IMG/VR virus record: IMGVR_UViG_3300025518_000002 | Coordinates: 1 to 49,593 of that record | Source of the DNA: a virus | Taxonomy: Duplodnaviria > Caudoviricetes | Length of the DNA stretch: 49,593 nt | Direction: 5' to 3' (one strand) | Part shown: piece by piece, positions 30,315 to 39,680 of the stretch | Position numbering within the stretch: position 1 is the first letter of the stretch | Layout: each line of letters starts with the position of its first letter | Position numbers and translations under genes: made by a program | Notes under the pieces: model-generated | Told to the model about the DNA's origin: nothing | The model's database searches: none | What the model saw: only the letters and a program-made list of their open reading frames with translations

Positions 30315-30450
30315 CAATTAACTTAACAACACCATCGTGAGATTGTCCTAATGCATAATGCATATTACGATTACATTTTCCACATTTATCTGGAACGAAA
30401 TCTTCGTTAGATTGAATTATTTCATGATCACAACATTGAGATTTAATCAT
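30301..30450 (-). CDS. Small Cys-rich (Zn-ribbon-like) protein
   Basis: Manual translation, 49 aa, MIKSQCCDH...DKCGKCNR. Confidence 0.5.
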   Translation of the reverse strand: MIKSQCCDHEIIQSNEDFVPDKCGKCNRNMHYALGQSHDGVVKLIDGNL

Positions 30451-30468
30451 TTTTTTATTCCGGTTTAA

Positions 30469-31821
30469 CTAAAACAACTTATTCTGAACACCAGGAGGTC
30501 CATATTTCTTATACTTCAATTCAGTAGCTTCTTTTTCTTTAAGCTTTTGTTCCTCTATTTGCTTTTGTTTTTGAATCTGAATTTGAAGCTTATCTGCTTC
30601 ATATTTTGCCATCAATTCAGGATTATGTATAAGGCATTCAAAATCAACGTTTTCAATTGATTCGCAAATGCATTTAATCTCTTCAGTTACTTCTGAAATA
30701 ATGTTAGATACTTCTACTTCGATCTGTTTTTGATCTTCGATTTTTTCGATTTCTTTTTCTTCAACCTTTGTTTGTCTATTTTCATCTTCCATGTTCCTGG
30801 AATCTTCGATCCGTATATCGAGTTTGGTATCTCGTAATGTTTGTTCCTTATTACTGATGCCATTATCGATTTTAACCTTCACAGGAACAATAGACTTACC
30901 AATATCATGAACAGAAAAAAGTGTCTTTTGACTCTTACCTAAACAATGTGGCGAACACCATAAACGTTCACGATAACTATTCGCATCAGCTTCAGTACCA
31001 TTACCTCCGCCATAACCTCCTTGCGCCTTCCATTCTAATGTAGTCCAATTATCAGGAGGATTAAATTGACCTTCATAACCACAATAGATGATTCTCATTA
31101 ATGGATTGTCGCCATTTTCAACAGCCCATCTCTGAACATCTCTTGCAACCTTTTGATCTGTATTACCTCCTACAGAATAATCCATCTTACCTTCACCGTA
31201 AGGAGGATCTAATACAATACCTGTAAGACCTCTCTTGTATGTAATAGTTGGAGTACACACACGAGACCAGTCTCCACAAGCTACATGCGTCAATCGTAAT
31301 CGATTCTGAAGCTTCTTAAAGATATCGTATAAATTAGCTATACGATCGTCTGTAAGAATTCCACGATCTAAAATCGCAGGCATCTTACATTCAATCTCTT
31401 TAACGCAAAATCCTCCACCAACCCAATTACATAATCCCCAACACCACCAACCTGCAATTTGTGGATCAAAGTAATAAGGTTCACGAAGCATTCGTTCGCG
31501 AAATTCCTTTTGACGAACAAGCCAATTTTGTCTTGCAATTAAATCAGTTTCATTAACTGGCCAATCGCAATGTTCAGCTACGGCATGTGCGTTGTATTTT
31601 ACAGAACGCCAAAAGTTAGCGACGTAAGAATCAAAGTCATTTACAGACTCCATTTTTGGTTCATGAGGTCTAGCCAATAAGATTGATGCTGAACCCATAA
31701 ATGGTTCAACGAAGTTCTGAACATTACCAAGTATCTCCCATATTAGCGGAGCTACTTTTCGTTTTCCACCGAACCAAATGTAAGGAGATTCTAATACATC
31801 AACCATTACTTGAAGCTCCAC
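30469..31821 (-). CDS. DNA adenine methyltransferase (D12/Dam-like, alpha order) with charged C-terminal extension
   Basis: WFGGKRK, FVEPFMGS (SAM-binding), VND, LDPPY (catalytic). Confidence 0.88.
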   Translation of the reverse strand: MELQVMVDVLESPYIWFGGKRKVAPLIWEILGNVQNFVEPFMGSASILLARPHEPKMESVNDFDSYVANFWRSVKYNAHAVAEHCDWPVNETDLIARQNWLVRQKEFRERMLREPYYFDPQIAGWWCWGLCNWVGGGFCVKEIECKMPAILDRGILTDDRIANLYDIFKKLQNRLRLTHVACGDWSRVCTPTITYKRGLTGIVLDPPYGEGKMDYSVGGNTDQKVARDVQRWAVENGDNPLMRIIYCGYEGQFNPPDNWTTLEWKAQGGYGGGNGTEADANSYRERLWCSPHCLGKSQKTLFSVHDIGKSIVPVKVKIDNGISNKEQTLRDTKLDIRIEDSRNMEDENRQTKVEEKEIEKIEDQKQIEVEVSNIISEVTEEIKCICESIENVDFECLIHNPELMAKYEADKLQIQIQKQKQIEEQKLKEKEATELKYKKYGPPGVQNKLF

Positions 31822-32089
31822 GTAAAAATAGAATACGAAACATCTCTCCTCGCGATACCCTTAAACCAGGATTATCGCTTTCCATTCTAGTAATGTTTTC
31901 GTCAATAATAAGTAAATCAGAATCAGATAAACGAACATTAATCTGATTTGAAAGAATGTTTGAATTTTGCTTAACAGCAGAAACATTTACTGTATCTGTT
32001 GTAGATATTGTCTGTATATTATTATTCTGTTCATCCACGACTAAATCCGTCCTTATATAGTGCGCCGTGCACCGATCTGACGCTACCAT
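31799..32089 (-). CDS. Ribbon-helix-helix (CopG/Arc-like) regulator
   Basis: QINVRLSDSDLLIID...VSRGEMFRILFLRG; first gene of the leftward arm. Confidence 0.65.
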   Translation of the reverse strand: MVASDRCTAHYIRTDLVVDEQNNNIQTISTTDTVNVSAVKQNSNILSNQINVRLSDSDLLIIDENITRMESDNPGLRVSRGEMFRILFLRGASSNG

Positions 32090-32226
32090 ATAACGGTGTA
32101 CAGGCGCTAGCCTAGGCTAGCGAAGGCGTGTGCACGCTATTTACTGGACACGCTAGGTACCGTCGTGGTTAGGTAGCGATCGGTCGTACGGAGCGCCGCT
32201 AGTGGCGTGACACGGGTAGATGCGGA
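32090..32226. promoter_or_regulatory. Divergent control region between the two arms
   Basis: Strand switch point; GC-rich; palindrome CGCTAGCCTAGGCTAGCG at 32105-32122. Confidence 0.6.
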
Positions 32227-32757
32227 TTGAATTTACAAATGGAAAACATCGAAACTGAAATCAAAAAGTCAGATGTTGAAAAAACAAATGAACTTAGGAT
32301 TTGCATTCAACGATTGATTCAGAATAGCGATTTTTCTGTAGAGCGACTTACTAACGCTAAAAAAGAAATCAAAGATCTTTTCGATTCAGAAGAGTTTGAA
32401 TCCGAAGTTGCTCGTTACGCTTGGATTGCTTGTTACTCTTCATCAACCATTAAAGATTGTCTTCGATGGTTTAGTTCAATAAATTCAATCGCTGAAGAGG
32501 CGTACGATAATATTATTGAACCTTACGATAATTATGTAGAACTTAATGATAGTGAATTCGATAATCATCTTTCTGATTGTCTTAATGGAATCAAGCTTGC
32601 AAAAGAAAACGGAACATGCGACGGAACTTTTGTTTCAGCAGAATACATTCGTGGATCAATTAATGATCTAACTAAAGCGCTTGAATATCTTGGTTTCAAT
32701 CGTGAAGCTGTAAACATCCGAAATTCAATTGAGGCTTTAAAATCAAATGTCGAATGA
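32227..32757 (+). CDS. Hypothetical protein
   Basis: 176-aa ORF, likely start MENIET. Confidence 0.6.
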   Translation: MNLQMENIETEIKKSDVEKTNELRICIQRLIQNSDFSVERLTNAKKEIKDLFDSEEFESEVARYAWIACYSSSTIKDCLRWFSSINSIAEEAYDNIIEPYDNYVELNDSEFDNHLSDCLNGIKLAKENGTCDGTFVSAEYIRGSINDLTKALEYLGFNREAVNIRNSIEALKSNVE

Positions 32758-32998
32758 TAATACAGAAAAAATGGATATCGATACAACCGCTACAGATAAA
32801 GATATCAAATGGTTTGTTTGGAATTGGAATAAGGATAAATTGGATAAATCTAGCATTCGATTTACAATAAATTTCAATAACATTGTTGTTAGTGAAAGTT
32901 GGATTAAAGCAAATATTAATGAACCTGGAAATGTAGTTGCTGGTCCATTTAATGTTTTGAAAGATGCAATTTCAAAGTGTGATGAGTTGAACGGTTGA
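32747..32998 (+). CDS. Hypothetical protein
   Basis: 83-aa ORF. Confidence 0.55.
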   Translation: MSNDNTEKMDIDTTATDKDIKWFVWNWNKDKLDKSSIRFTINFNNIVVSESWIKANINEPGNVVAGPFNVLKDAISKCDELNG

Positions 32999-33008
32999 TA
33001 TATAGATC

Positions 33009-33959
33009 ATGGAACAAAACGATCTCCTTGACATTACATCGACTGGACGCTCAAACGCACCGTATCGCGTTTTAATTTACGGTCAAGGTGGAGTAGGTAA
33101 ATCTACATTCTGCTCTAAATGCAAAGATGTATATTTCCTTCCAACCGAAGATGGTGTCAATGACATCCATGTTCCGCAGTATAAAGAAAAGATTTCTTCT
33201 CTTGACATTCTATACAGGATTCTAGACAAACTGCTTAATGGTAAACATCCATACAAAGCAGTTTGTCTAGATTCAACAGGATCTACAGAATCTCTAATCA
33301 TTGAATCGATCGAATCTCGTCTAAAAAAGGCAGGAGGTAAATCTCCTAAAACGATTCAAGAGATGAACGATGATTTTGGTTCTGGTTATACAGCAATTGC
33401 AAATGAATGGAGAGAACTACTTAAAAAGTTTGATGAGTTACGAAATATTCGTAATATCAATGTTCTACTAACTGCTCATGCAAAACGTGAAAAAGTAGTC
33501 AATCTAGAAGGTAAAGATTACGATCGATTCACACTAGACCTTATTGGTCAAAAGAGTAGTAAGGTAATTACTAATTGGTGTGATCATGTTTTGTTTGCTC
33601 GTCAAGATATTAGTGTATCCGCAGAAAGCAAACATAAGCTTTTAGCAATGAGCGGATCGTTATCAATCTATACTCGTGGAACAGCATCATTCTCTGCAAA
33701 AACTCGCGGAGAGATAACTTGGCCAGACCGCATTCCATTGTCGTGGGATGTTTTTTCTACACTACGAGAATTGATTTCTACGCATGGAAAAGAACTTCCT
33801 TCGTACTTGAAAAGTAGGTTTGAAAAAATTAAACCATTGATTGAAAAAGATAAAGTTGAAAAAGCGGAAATAGCATTCAATAACTTTTATAATGCTGGAG
33901 TGTGGTATCTAGCAGATATGGTCTGCAATCAAGCAGAAAATGAGGCTAAAAATGTTTGA
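33009..33959 (+). CDS. AAA_24/Sak4-like ssDNA-annealing ATPase
   Basis: VLIYGQGGVGKSTF, PTEDG, VCLDS, FGSGY, LLTAH, WCDHVLFA, AKTR. Confidence 0.85.
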   Translation: MEQNDLLDITSTGRSNAPYRVLIYGQGGVGKSTFCSKCKDVYFLPTEDGVNDIHVPQYKEKISSLDILYRILDKLLNGKHPYKAVCLDSTGSTESLIIESIESRLKKAGGKSPKTIQEMNDDFGSGYTAIANEWRELLKKFDELRNIRNINVLLTAHAKREKVVNLEGKDYDRFTLDLIGQKSSKVITNWCDHVLFARQDISVSAESKHKLLAMSGSLSIYTRGTASFSAKTRGEITWPDRIPLSWDVFSTLRELISTHGKELPSYLKSRFEKIKPLIEKDKVEKAEIAFNNFYNAGVWYLADMVCNQAENEAKNV

Positions 33960-34164
33960 AGTTTTTGAAAACGATAAATCTTGTAACAACACACAATTTA
34001 ACGTTCACAAATCTTGGAAAAATAGTAAATTCAACACATACCAAGAAGCTAAAGAGTACGCAAGAAAATGGCTTGGTGGATATATTATGCCTAAAGATTG
34101 GGATGGGTCTAAATTTGATTATTCTGGTAGTGGTTCAATAATTGAAATTAGAATTGTCGATTAG
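33952..34164 (+). CDS. Small hypothetical protein
   Basis: MFEVFEN...FNTYQEAKEYARKWLG. Confidence 0.55.
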   Translation: MFEVFENDKSCNNTQFNVHKSWKNSKFNTYQEAKEYARKWLGGYIMPKDWDGSKFDYSGSGSIIEIRIVD

Positions 34165-34198
34165 GTAAATCTATTTTAGAAAACACGTTAAATAAATA

Positions 34199-34269
34199 CC
34201 TCCGTTCCTTCCGGTAGAAGGAAGATGTCTTATAAGCATCTAAGCTTGGTTCAACTCCAAGACGGAGGA
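34199..34269 (+). tRNA. tRNA-Ile(UAU)
   Basis: Acceptor CCTCCGT/ACGGAGG; D arm CCTTC/GAAGG; anticodon loop CT-TAT-AA; T arm CTTGG-TTCAACT-CCAAG; no encoded CCA. Confidence 0.8.
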
Positions 34270-34330
34270 CTATGAAAAATCTACAAGAACTATCTTGGTC
34301 TATTGATTACATGTCACACTAATCTCCTAA

Positions 34331-34711
34331 ATGAAAGTATATCTCATGTTCTTCCGTGTCACACTATGGCAGAGAACCTCAGATTATATAGAATCCGTGC
34401 GATCAGCCGCGTACACCAGAGGGTTTAACGATGGTAAAGCGGCCGGCATTACAACGTGTCGTGTTACGCCCTATGGTACCAATATATTAGTGATGTCTCC
34501 GTCGATCTCTACCGCTCTAGAGAGGACATCAGATCATATAGAATCCGTGCGATCGGACGCGTACAACCGAGGGTTCGACGATGGTAAATCGGCCGGCATT
34601 ACGGCCGGCATTTGCGAAAATCTGGCGAGGTCAATGTTCGGATCGTTTGGATCGATGTTCATGGAGCATACCGAGAGAGAAGCGGCTATTAGGGCAACCA
34701 GACGCTCATAG
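34331..34711 (+). CDS. Hypothetical protein with internal 27-aa duplication
   Basis: RTSDYIESVRSAAYTRGFNDGKAAGIT / RTSDHIESVRSDAYNRGFDDGKSAGIT; GC-richer than neighbours. Confidence 0.55.
   Translation: MKVYLMFFRVTLWQRTSDYIESVRSAAYTRGFNDGKAAGITTCRVTPYGTNILVMSPSISTALERTSDHIESVRSDAYNRGFDDGKSAGITAGICENLARSMFGSFGSMFMEHTEREAAIRATRRS
34371..34602 (+). repeat. Imperfect 82-bp direct repeat, period 150 bp
   Basis: 34371-34452 versus 34521-34602. Confidence 0.85.
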
Positions 34712-34759
34712 TAGATGTGGAAAAACTACAATTTTATGTCTAAACTAGCTAGGTAGATT

Positions 34760-35035
34760 ATGTCAAAAGTAATAGATGCAATAGATTACCTTCAATCAAA
34801 AGTAAACAGCAATGTATATGTGAAGGTAATGCAAGTTTTGACTAAAGATCAAAATATGCTTGTAATGAAACTTGTTATTCTTGCAAAAGCAAAGAATAAT
34901 ACTCCAGCATCACAAATAGAATTAGAATCAAAAGGAAAAGAATTCATCACTTCACTGACAGATGATCAAAAAACAAAGCTTTCAGGTATTGTTGGTAAAG
35001 ATGTTGTTGATAATCTTGTAGAAGCTATCAAGTAA
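34760..35035 (+). CDS. Hypothetical protein
   Basis: 91-aa ORF. Confidence 0.55.
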   Translation: MSKVIDAIDYLQSKVNSNVYVKVMQVLTKDQNMLVMKLVILAKAKNNTPASQIELESKGKEFITSLTDDQKTKLSGIVGKDVVDNLVEAIK

Positions 35036-35058
35036 TTACATAACAGAAAAAGATACTA

Positions 35059-35139
35059 GCAATAGTGGCGGAATGGCAGACGCACTCGGCTTAAAACCGA
35101 AGACCGAAAGGTGTATGGGTTCAAGTCCCATCTATTGCA
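35059..35139 (+). tRNA. tRNA-Leu(UAA)
   Basis: Acceptor GCAATAG/CTATTGC; GGCGGAATGGCAGACGC D arm; loop CT-TAA-AA; long variable arm ACC-GAAA-GGT; ATGGG-TTCAAGT-CCCAT. Confidence 0.9.
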
Positions 35140-35162
35140 CAAGATCGTAAGAAAGGAAATAA

Positions 35163-35372
35163 ATGTCTTCAGAATCTGAAACTCACATTATTACAGAACA
35201 GCAATACAAAGATGCTTGCTATAGCAATCTAGGATTCTGTATCGAATGTAAAGAATTTACTCGTGAGATGGTTGAACCTGATGCTGAAAACTACAAATGT
35301 CCAGAATGCGAAAGTGATACAGTTTTCGGATCAGAACAATCTTTGATTCTTGATCACATTCAAATCATCTAA
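35163..35372 (+). CDS. Zn-ribbon protein
   Basis: GFCIECK...EPDAENYKCPEC. Confidence 0.7.
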   Translation: MSSESETHIITEQQYKDACYSNLGFCIECKEFTREMVEPDAENYKCPECESDTVFGSEQSLILDHIQII

Positions 35373-35403
35373 ATAAAAAAACAGTATATACTTAAGGTTA
35401 AAA

Positions 35404-35589
35404 ATGGAACAGCAGAAGTGCACTCATAGTTATTATGATGGATCGAAGCAAATTCGTTGTCACAAGAATAGTGAATGCGATATTTGCAAGCATTGTTCGA
35501 GTGATTGTCCTGGACATTATCGTATCCGAATTACAAGCAATCGTGCTGGTAATAACGGAATCAAAACTATTCACAATCATCGTTTTTAA
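35404..35589 (+). CDS. Small Cys/His-rich protein
   Basis: CDICKHCSSDCPGH. Confidence 0.5.
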   Translation: MEQQKCTHSYYDGSKQIRCHKNSECDICKHCSSDCPGHYRIRITSNRAGNNGIKTIHNHRF

Positions 35590-35712
35590 TATATATATAT
35601 ATTAGATACAATACATCATAAATACTTAAACTAATAAATTTGCTCTCGCATGGATGGTCCATGGACTGCAAAATCTTAAAATATCAGTTACGATAAAGGT
35701 AGATAAAACAAA

Positions 35713-36294
35713 ATGGCTACTGAGCGAATTACTGAAGGTCACTATCGCGCGGTTGTTGAGAATCCTGAAATCGCCGTTAGTGCAAAGAAAGATACTCCTT
35801 GCATTAAAGCGACTGTTAAGATCGTAGAAGAAGGACCTCATAAGGGTATGCGTCTTTCGTGGGAAGGTTGGCTTACCGAAGGTGCTGGTAAGCGAACCAT
35901 TCAATCGATGATGTATGCTGGATGTACTTTTCCCCCTGCTCCCGGTTCAGATGAACCTAACCTCGAGGATTTTACAGGTTGTGGTTCTGTAGAGATTGAA
36001 GCTGTAATCTCTATGGAGGAATACACTCCAGAAGCTACAGAATCGAATCCTACTCCAAAGACATCAAAGCGTCCGCGTGTAGAATTCATCAATGCAATCG
36101 GACAGAGTCGTGCTACTCGTGCTGTAGATTCTGGACAGAAGAAGATGATTGCTTCTCAGTTTGGAGGTCTCATTAACGCTGTTCGTAAGGAACAGAACGA
36201 TCGTAAGGGTAAGAAAGATGATGCATCTTTTGATCCTAAGACGTTAGATCAACAGAACGCATCTGCTGATGAAACAGCAAAGAAGCTTTACTAA
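35713..36294 (+). CDS. DUF669-like ssDNA-binding protein
   Basis: EGHYRAVVE...IKATVKIVEEGPHKG; lies downstream of the Sak4-like gene. Confidence 0.6.
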   Translation: MATERITEGHYRAVVENPEIAVSAKKDTPCIKATVKIVEEGPHKGMRLSWEGWLTEGAGKRTIQSMMYAGCTFPPAPGSDEPNLEDFTGCGSVEIEAVISMEEYTPEATESNPTPKTSKRPRVEFINAIGQSRATRAVDSGQKKMIASQFGGLINAVRKEQNDRKGKKDDASFDPKTLDQQNASADETAKKLY

Positions 36295-36299
36295 GTAAG

Positions 36300-36350
36300 T
36301 GGACAGGGCTAGCGATCGTATGCTATAATCAGGATACGATCGCTCGTCCA
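36300..36350 (+). promoter_or_regulatory. Promoter-like site embedded in an inverted repeat
   Basis: TGGACA-18-TATAAT with extended TG; arms AGCGATCGTAT (36311-21) / ATACGATCGCT (36334-44). Confidence 0.6.
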
Positions 36351-36351
36351 A

Positions 36352-36918
36352 TTGGATATTTTATTTACAACGAACAGTACATTAGATTGTTCCACAACAC
36401 CAAAAATATTTAACAGTGTTGTATATAAAATATCCAATTGGGCGTGCGATCAATATAAACGATCTATAACGCCTAAAATGTTTTTGGAGCTAAAAGTGTC
36501 TGAAGTTGAAAACAACCGTATTGAAACAACATCAAAAGATTCCCGAGTACGTCGCGAAGAATGGCAAAAGGAAAAGGAATTCGAGAAAGACGGAATAGTC
36601 GTTATCGTAAGTAAGCTTCCTTTACATCTTCCTCGATATAGCATTGAAATTGCATCACGTACACAATTCGGAGATCAAAAGATTGGTCGCCATTTTCAGG
36701 TTCACGTTGATCGCAAATCTGGAAGCGCTGTAGTTAGTCGAATTATGGTTAGATCTCTTGTTGTTCTAGTTGGTGAAGCCGAAAAGTATATTGAAGATCA
36801 AGAACAACTAGATATTAATGCTTTCGTTGAATGGAAAAAGACGAAAGAAAAGATTGAATCTGGAACATCTTTGATTGAAGATGATGATAATGAGATTTTA
36901 ATACCTGCAACAAAATGA
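36352..36918 (+). CDS. Hypothetical protein (start uncertain)
   Basis: ORF; coding-like from about VSEVENN. Confidence 0.55.
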   Translation: MDILFTTNSTLDCSTTPKIFNSVVYKISNWACDQYKRSITPKMFLELKVSEVENNRIETTSKDSRVRREEWQKEKEFEKDGIVVIVSKLPLHLPRYSIEIASRTQFGDQKIGRHFQVHVDRKSGSAVVSRIMVRSLVVLVGEAEKYIEDQEQLDINAFVEWKKTKEKIESGTSLIEDDDNEILIPATK

Positions 36919-37097
36919 GCAATAAAATTATAGAAGATGACGAAATTAAGTTTATACACGACTTGATTTCAGAACTTCAAAGCGAAGGTTTTGCAGTTAC
37001 AGGATGCACTTTGTGTAATAATAATAGTCCTGCTAAAACTGCAAAATGCAGAATTTGTGGTAACATTTGTTATCCAAAAGATCAACAGAATAACTAA
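36915..37097 (+). CDS. Small Zn-ribbon protein
   Basis: CTLC...CRICG. Confidence 0.55.
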   Translation: MSNKIIEDDEIKFIHDLISELQSEGFAVTGCTLCNNNSPAKTAKCRICGNICYPKDQQNN

Positions 37098-37123
37098 CTA
37101 AAAACTAAAACGAAAACAGGATA

Positions 37124-37600
37124 ATGCTTTTCGCTCTCGTTCACCTAATTTCAGTTACACTATCTCACGGATCTATGTCGTCCGATATCGTAACAGAATC
37201 TGCAATGTACGTAAGAGATATCGCTCTTGAGGAGCCTACTCTTTTCCATGTTAAAGGTTTAGACGAATTTGGTGATAAAAAAGCATCCGCTTGTTTAGCT
37301 GCAACTTGGTTTTATCGAGAGAGCGCATTTGATCCAACTGTGATTGGTGATAATGGTACATCTTTCGGTATTCCACAGATGAAAAAGCAACACGCGTTAC
37401 TCACTAACATTGAAATAGATTTGATTCGTACAGATCGAAAAGAATCTATTAGAGCAGGATATCGTTTACTCCGTCATGAGATTAAGCGATGTTCAAATGT
37501 TAGTGATGGACTAGGAGCTTACGCTTCTGGAGTTTGCGGTGGAGCTAAAGAAAAAGTTAATAGTAGATTAAGTATCGCTAAAAGTTGCTGGATAAACTAA
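37124..37600 (+). CDS. Lytic transglycosylase (SLT)-like protein with signal peptide
   Basis: RESAFDP...GDNGTSFGIPQM...LGAYASG. Confidence 0.7.
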   Translation: MLFALVHLISVTLSHGSMSSDIVTESAMYVRDIALEEPTLFHVKGLDEFGDKKASACLAATWFYRESAFDPTVIGDNGTSFGIPQMKKQHALLTNIEIDLIRTDRKESIRAGYRLLRHEIKRCSNVSDGLGAYASGVCGGAKEKVNSRLSIAKSCWIN

Positions 37601-38061
37601 TGAAAACTCCTCCTCTAGACTACGAAACATTACGAAAACGTAAAGGCAAATACGCTCCTTTATGGTATACGGTGTTCGATTTTGGTCTAGAGGGAATTAC
37701 AAATCCTAATGGAGCACCATTAATCGGAGCGGTAGTTTCAAACGATGGCTCTCGCGTAGGTGGACGCTACTTTCCAACTGTAAATTCGATTATTGTTTAT
37801 AGTAACGATGATCATTATGTAACTCTTGCTACAGCCGTTCATGAGCTTGCTCATTATAATATGTATATCTGCGCTTGCGATCATGTTCCTAGAACTAAAT
37901 CAGCAAGAGTTAAGTGTGTATACAAAGGTGAACATGATCGCGAATTCTACAAAATGCTTGAGCCGATGTATAAACAAGCTCAAGTACCAACATACGCTGC
38001 TAGAGTAGTCGAAGGTAAATACGACTATCCGCAACATTGGAATGACGATAGCTGGCGATAA
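37600..38061 (+). CDS. SprT-like/zincin metalloprotease
   Basis: TAVHELAH...EHDREF. Confidence 0.7.
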   Translation: MKTPPLDYETLRKRKGKYAPLWYTVFDFGLEGITNPNGAPLIGAVVSNDGSRVGGRYFPTVNSIIVYSNDDHYVTLATAVHELAHYNMYICACDHVPRTKSARVKCVYKGEHDREFYKMLEPMYKQAQVPTYAARVVEGKYDYPQHWNDDSWR

Positions 38062-39270
38062 ATGTCCATTAAATTTAATCTAGACTCATCGTCAATAGAT
38101 TCGGATCTTGAAAAAGATACCGGATCTTTTGTTATTAAAGATATCAATAGTGTTAATGATACGAAAAAAGAATCGCCATCAGGACATTCTAAGTTGCCAG
38201 ATTTGAGTGATATACAGAGATTGTTTAATCCAAAAAATGATGATAAATCCAATAACACTAATGGTTCTAATAGTCGTAACAACGGAAATGGTTCATCCAA
38301 CTCCGCACAGTCAAGAGTATTGGATGACGGAAATTCACGTAAAGAACATAATGAACAAACAGAATCATCGATAGAAAATTCACCAAAAGGTCGCGAGATA
38401 ATACTATCATTAGATAATGTTCTATCAGATCCAAAAGACAACATTTCTCGTGGATGTAGAGTTTTTCTTCCTACAGACCATGATGTGATAACTCTTGCTC
38501 ATCTAATTAGAACTAAAGGTTTAATTAACCCTGTTGAAGTTGTTGAATTAGATGAGCCAATAGAAAACGAATCTAAATTCTATACACATAAAGTATGTTC
38601 TGGATTCAAGCGTTTTGCAGCTTTACAATATCTTGGTTTCAAAACATATCGATTCACTATATTCGATGATTTATCTGACGACGATAAACTGATTCATAAC
38701 GGAATAGAAAATTGGGGTCGTACAGATCCAACAGATTACGATCTTGCATTATACATTGCCGTTCTACATCGTAAGCGTAACTGGACATCTCAACGAATCG
38801 CTCTTGAAATTGGTGGTAAAGCTGGAAGAGTTGAATCTCTGTTATTGATAGCAACAAAGCTTCCTGCTGAATTGCTAGAGGTTTTCCGTATTCAACCTAC
38901 TCCTGAAATACGTCGAGACCTAGCAAAGATATCACTTATACAGCGAGATACTGTAGAAGAAACGCATAAAGCTATGATGGCCGAATGGATTCGTATTGAA
39001 AATGAGCGAAAACGCACTGAAGATATTCGATCTAATATTCCACACGCTACTAATAATGCTCGCGTCGGTTCTGGTAGTGGTTCTTCTAAATCAAATTCTA
39101 GCGATAGAAACAATAGGTTAATAGAACTACGCAACGAACAATCTCAAGCTAGTCAATGGTTTGATTCTTTAAGTAATACATACAAGCCTATCACTGAAGA
39201 TATGCGTGAATATGCTGATATGATTTTTAGACATCTTTCTGATCGTAAACTAAGGAGTCCATTTCGATGA
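38062..39270 (+). CDS. ParB/Srx-domain protein with HTH
   Basis: LAHLIRTKGLINPVEV...SGFKRFAALQYLG...IENWGR...WTSQRIALEIG. Confidence 0.75.
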   Translation: MSIKFNLDSSSIDSDLEKDTGSFVIKDINSVNDTKKESPSGHSKLPDLSDIQRLFNPKNDDKSNNTNGSNSRNNGNGSSNSAQSRVLDDGNSRKEHNEQTESSIENSPKGREIILSLDNVLSDPKDNISRGCRVFLPTDHDVITLAHLIRTKGLINPVEVVELDEPIENESKFYTHKVCSGFKRFAALQYLGFKTYRFTIFDDLSDDDKLIHNGIENWGRTDPTDYDLALYIAVLHRKRNWTSQRIALEIGGKAGRVESLLLIATKLPAELLEVFRIQPTPEIRRDLAKISLIQRDTVEETHKAMMAEWIRIENERKRTEDIRSNIPHATNNARVGSGSGSSKSNSSDRNNRLIELRNEQSQASQWFDSLSNTYKPITEDMREYADMIFRHLSDRKLRSPFR

Positions 39271-39677
39271 ATGAAGTTGAAAAAGTAAATCATCCAACTC
39301 ACTACAATCAACATCCATCTGGAATTGAATGTATTGATCTTGTAGAAGAATTTAACTTCAACTTTGGTAATGCGATTAAATATCTTTGGCGTTGTGGTAA
39401 AAAGAACAATGTCGAAGCATCAGAAGATATTCGTAAAGCTAAATTTTATATTGATAGAGAATTTGATCGTCTTAAAAAAGTACACAAACCAGAATACATT
39501 ACTAATGACATGTTAAATTCAATTACAGCTTATAAGATGTCAAAAAATCTAACTATTGATATTTCATATATGATCGAAAAGATTATTTCTTCAGATCCAA
39601 ATTATTTGCTTTCAAAAGTCTTGAAATCTGTTATATCTAACGAAGATCCTAGAATTCACTTTCAAGACTTGAAGTGA
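39267..39677 (+). CDS. DUF3310 (SaV-like) protein
   Basis: VNHPTHY...IECID...GNAIKYLWRCGKK...EDIRKAKFY. Confidence 0.85.
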   Translation: MNEVEKVNHPTHYNQHPSGIECIDLVEEFNFNFGNAIKYLWRCGKKNNVEASEDIRKAKFYIDREFDRLKKVHKPEYITNDMLNSITAYKMSKNLTIDISYMIEKIISSDPNYLLSKVLKSVISNEDPRIHFQDLK

Positions 39678-39680
39678 TAA

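Noticed and set aside
32161-32200. Pistol ribozyme (CGTGGTTAGG start)
   Set aside because: The remaining stems and conserved residues are absent.
34371-34602. 82-bp repeat pair as DGR template/variable repeat
   Set aside because: Mismatches are not adenine-specific, both copies are in frame in one ORF, and no reverse transcriptase is seen.
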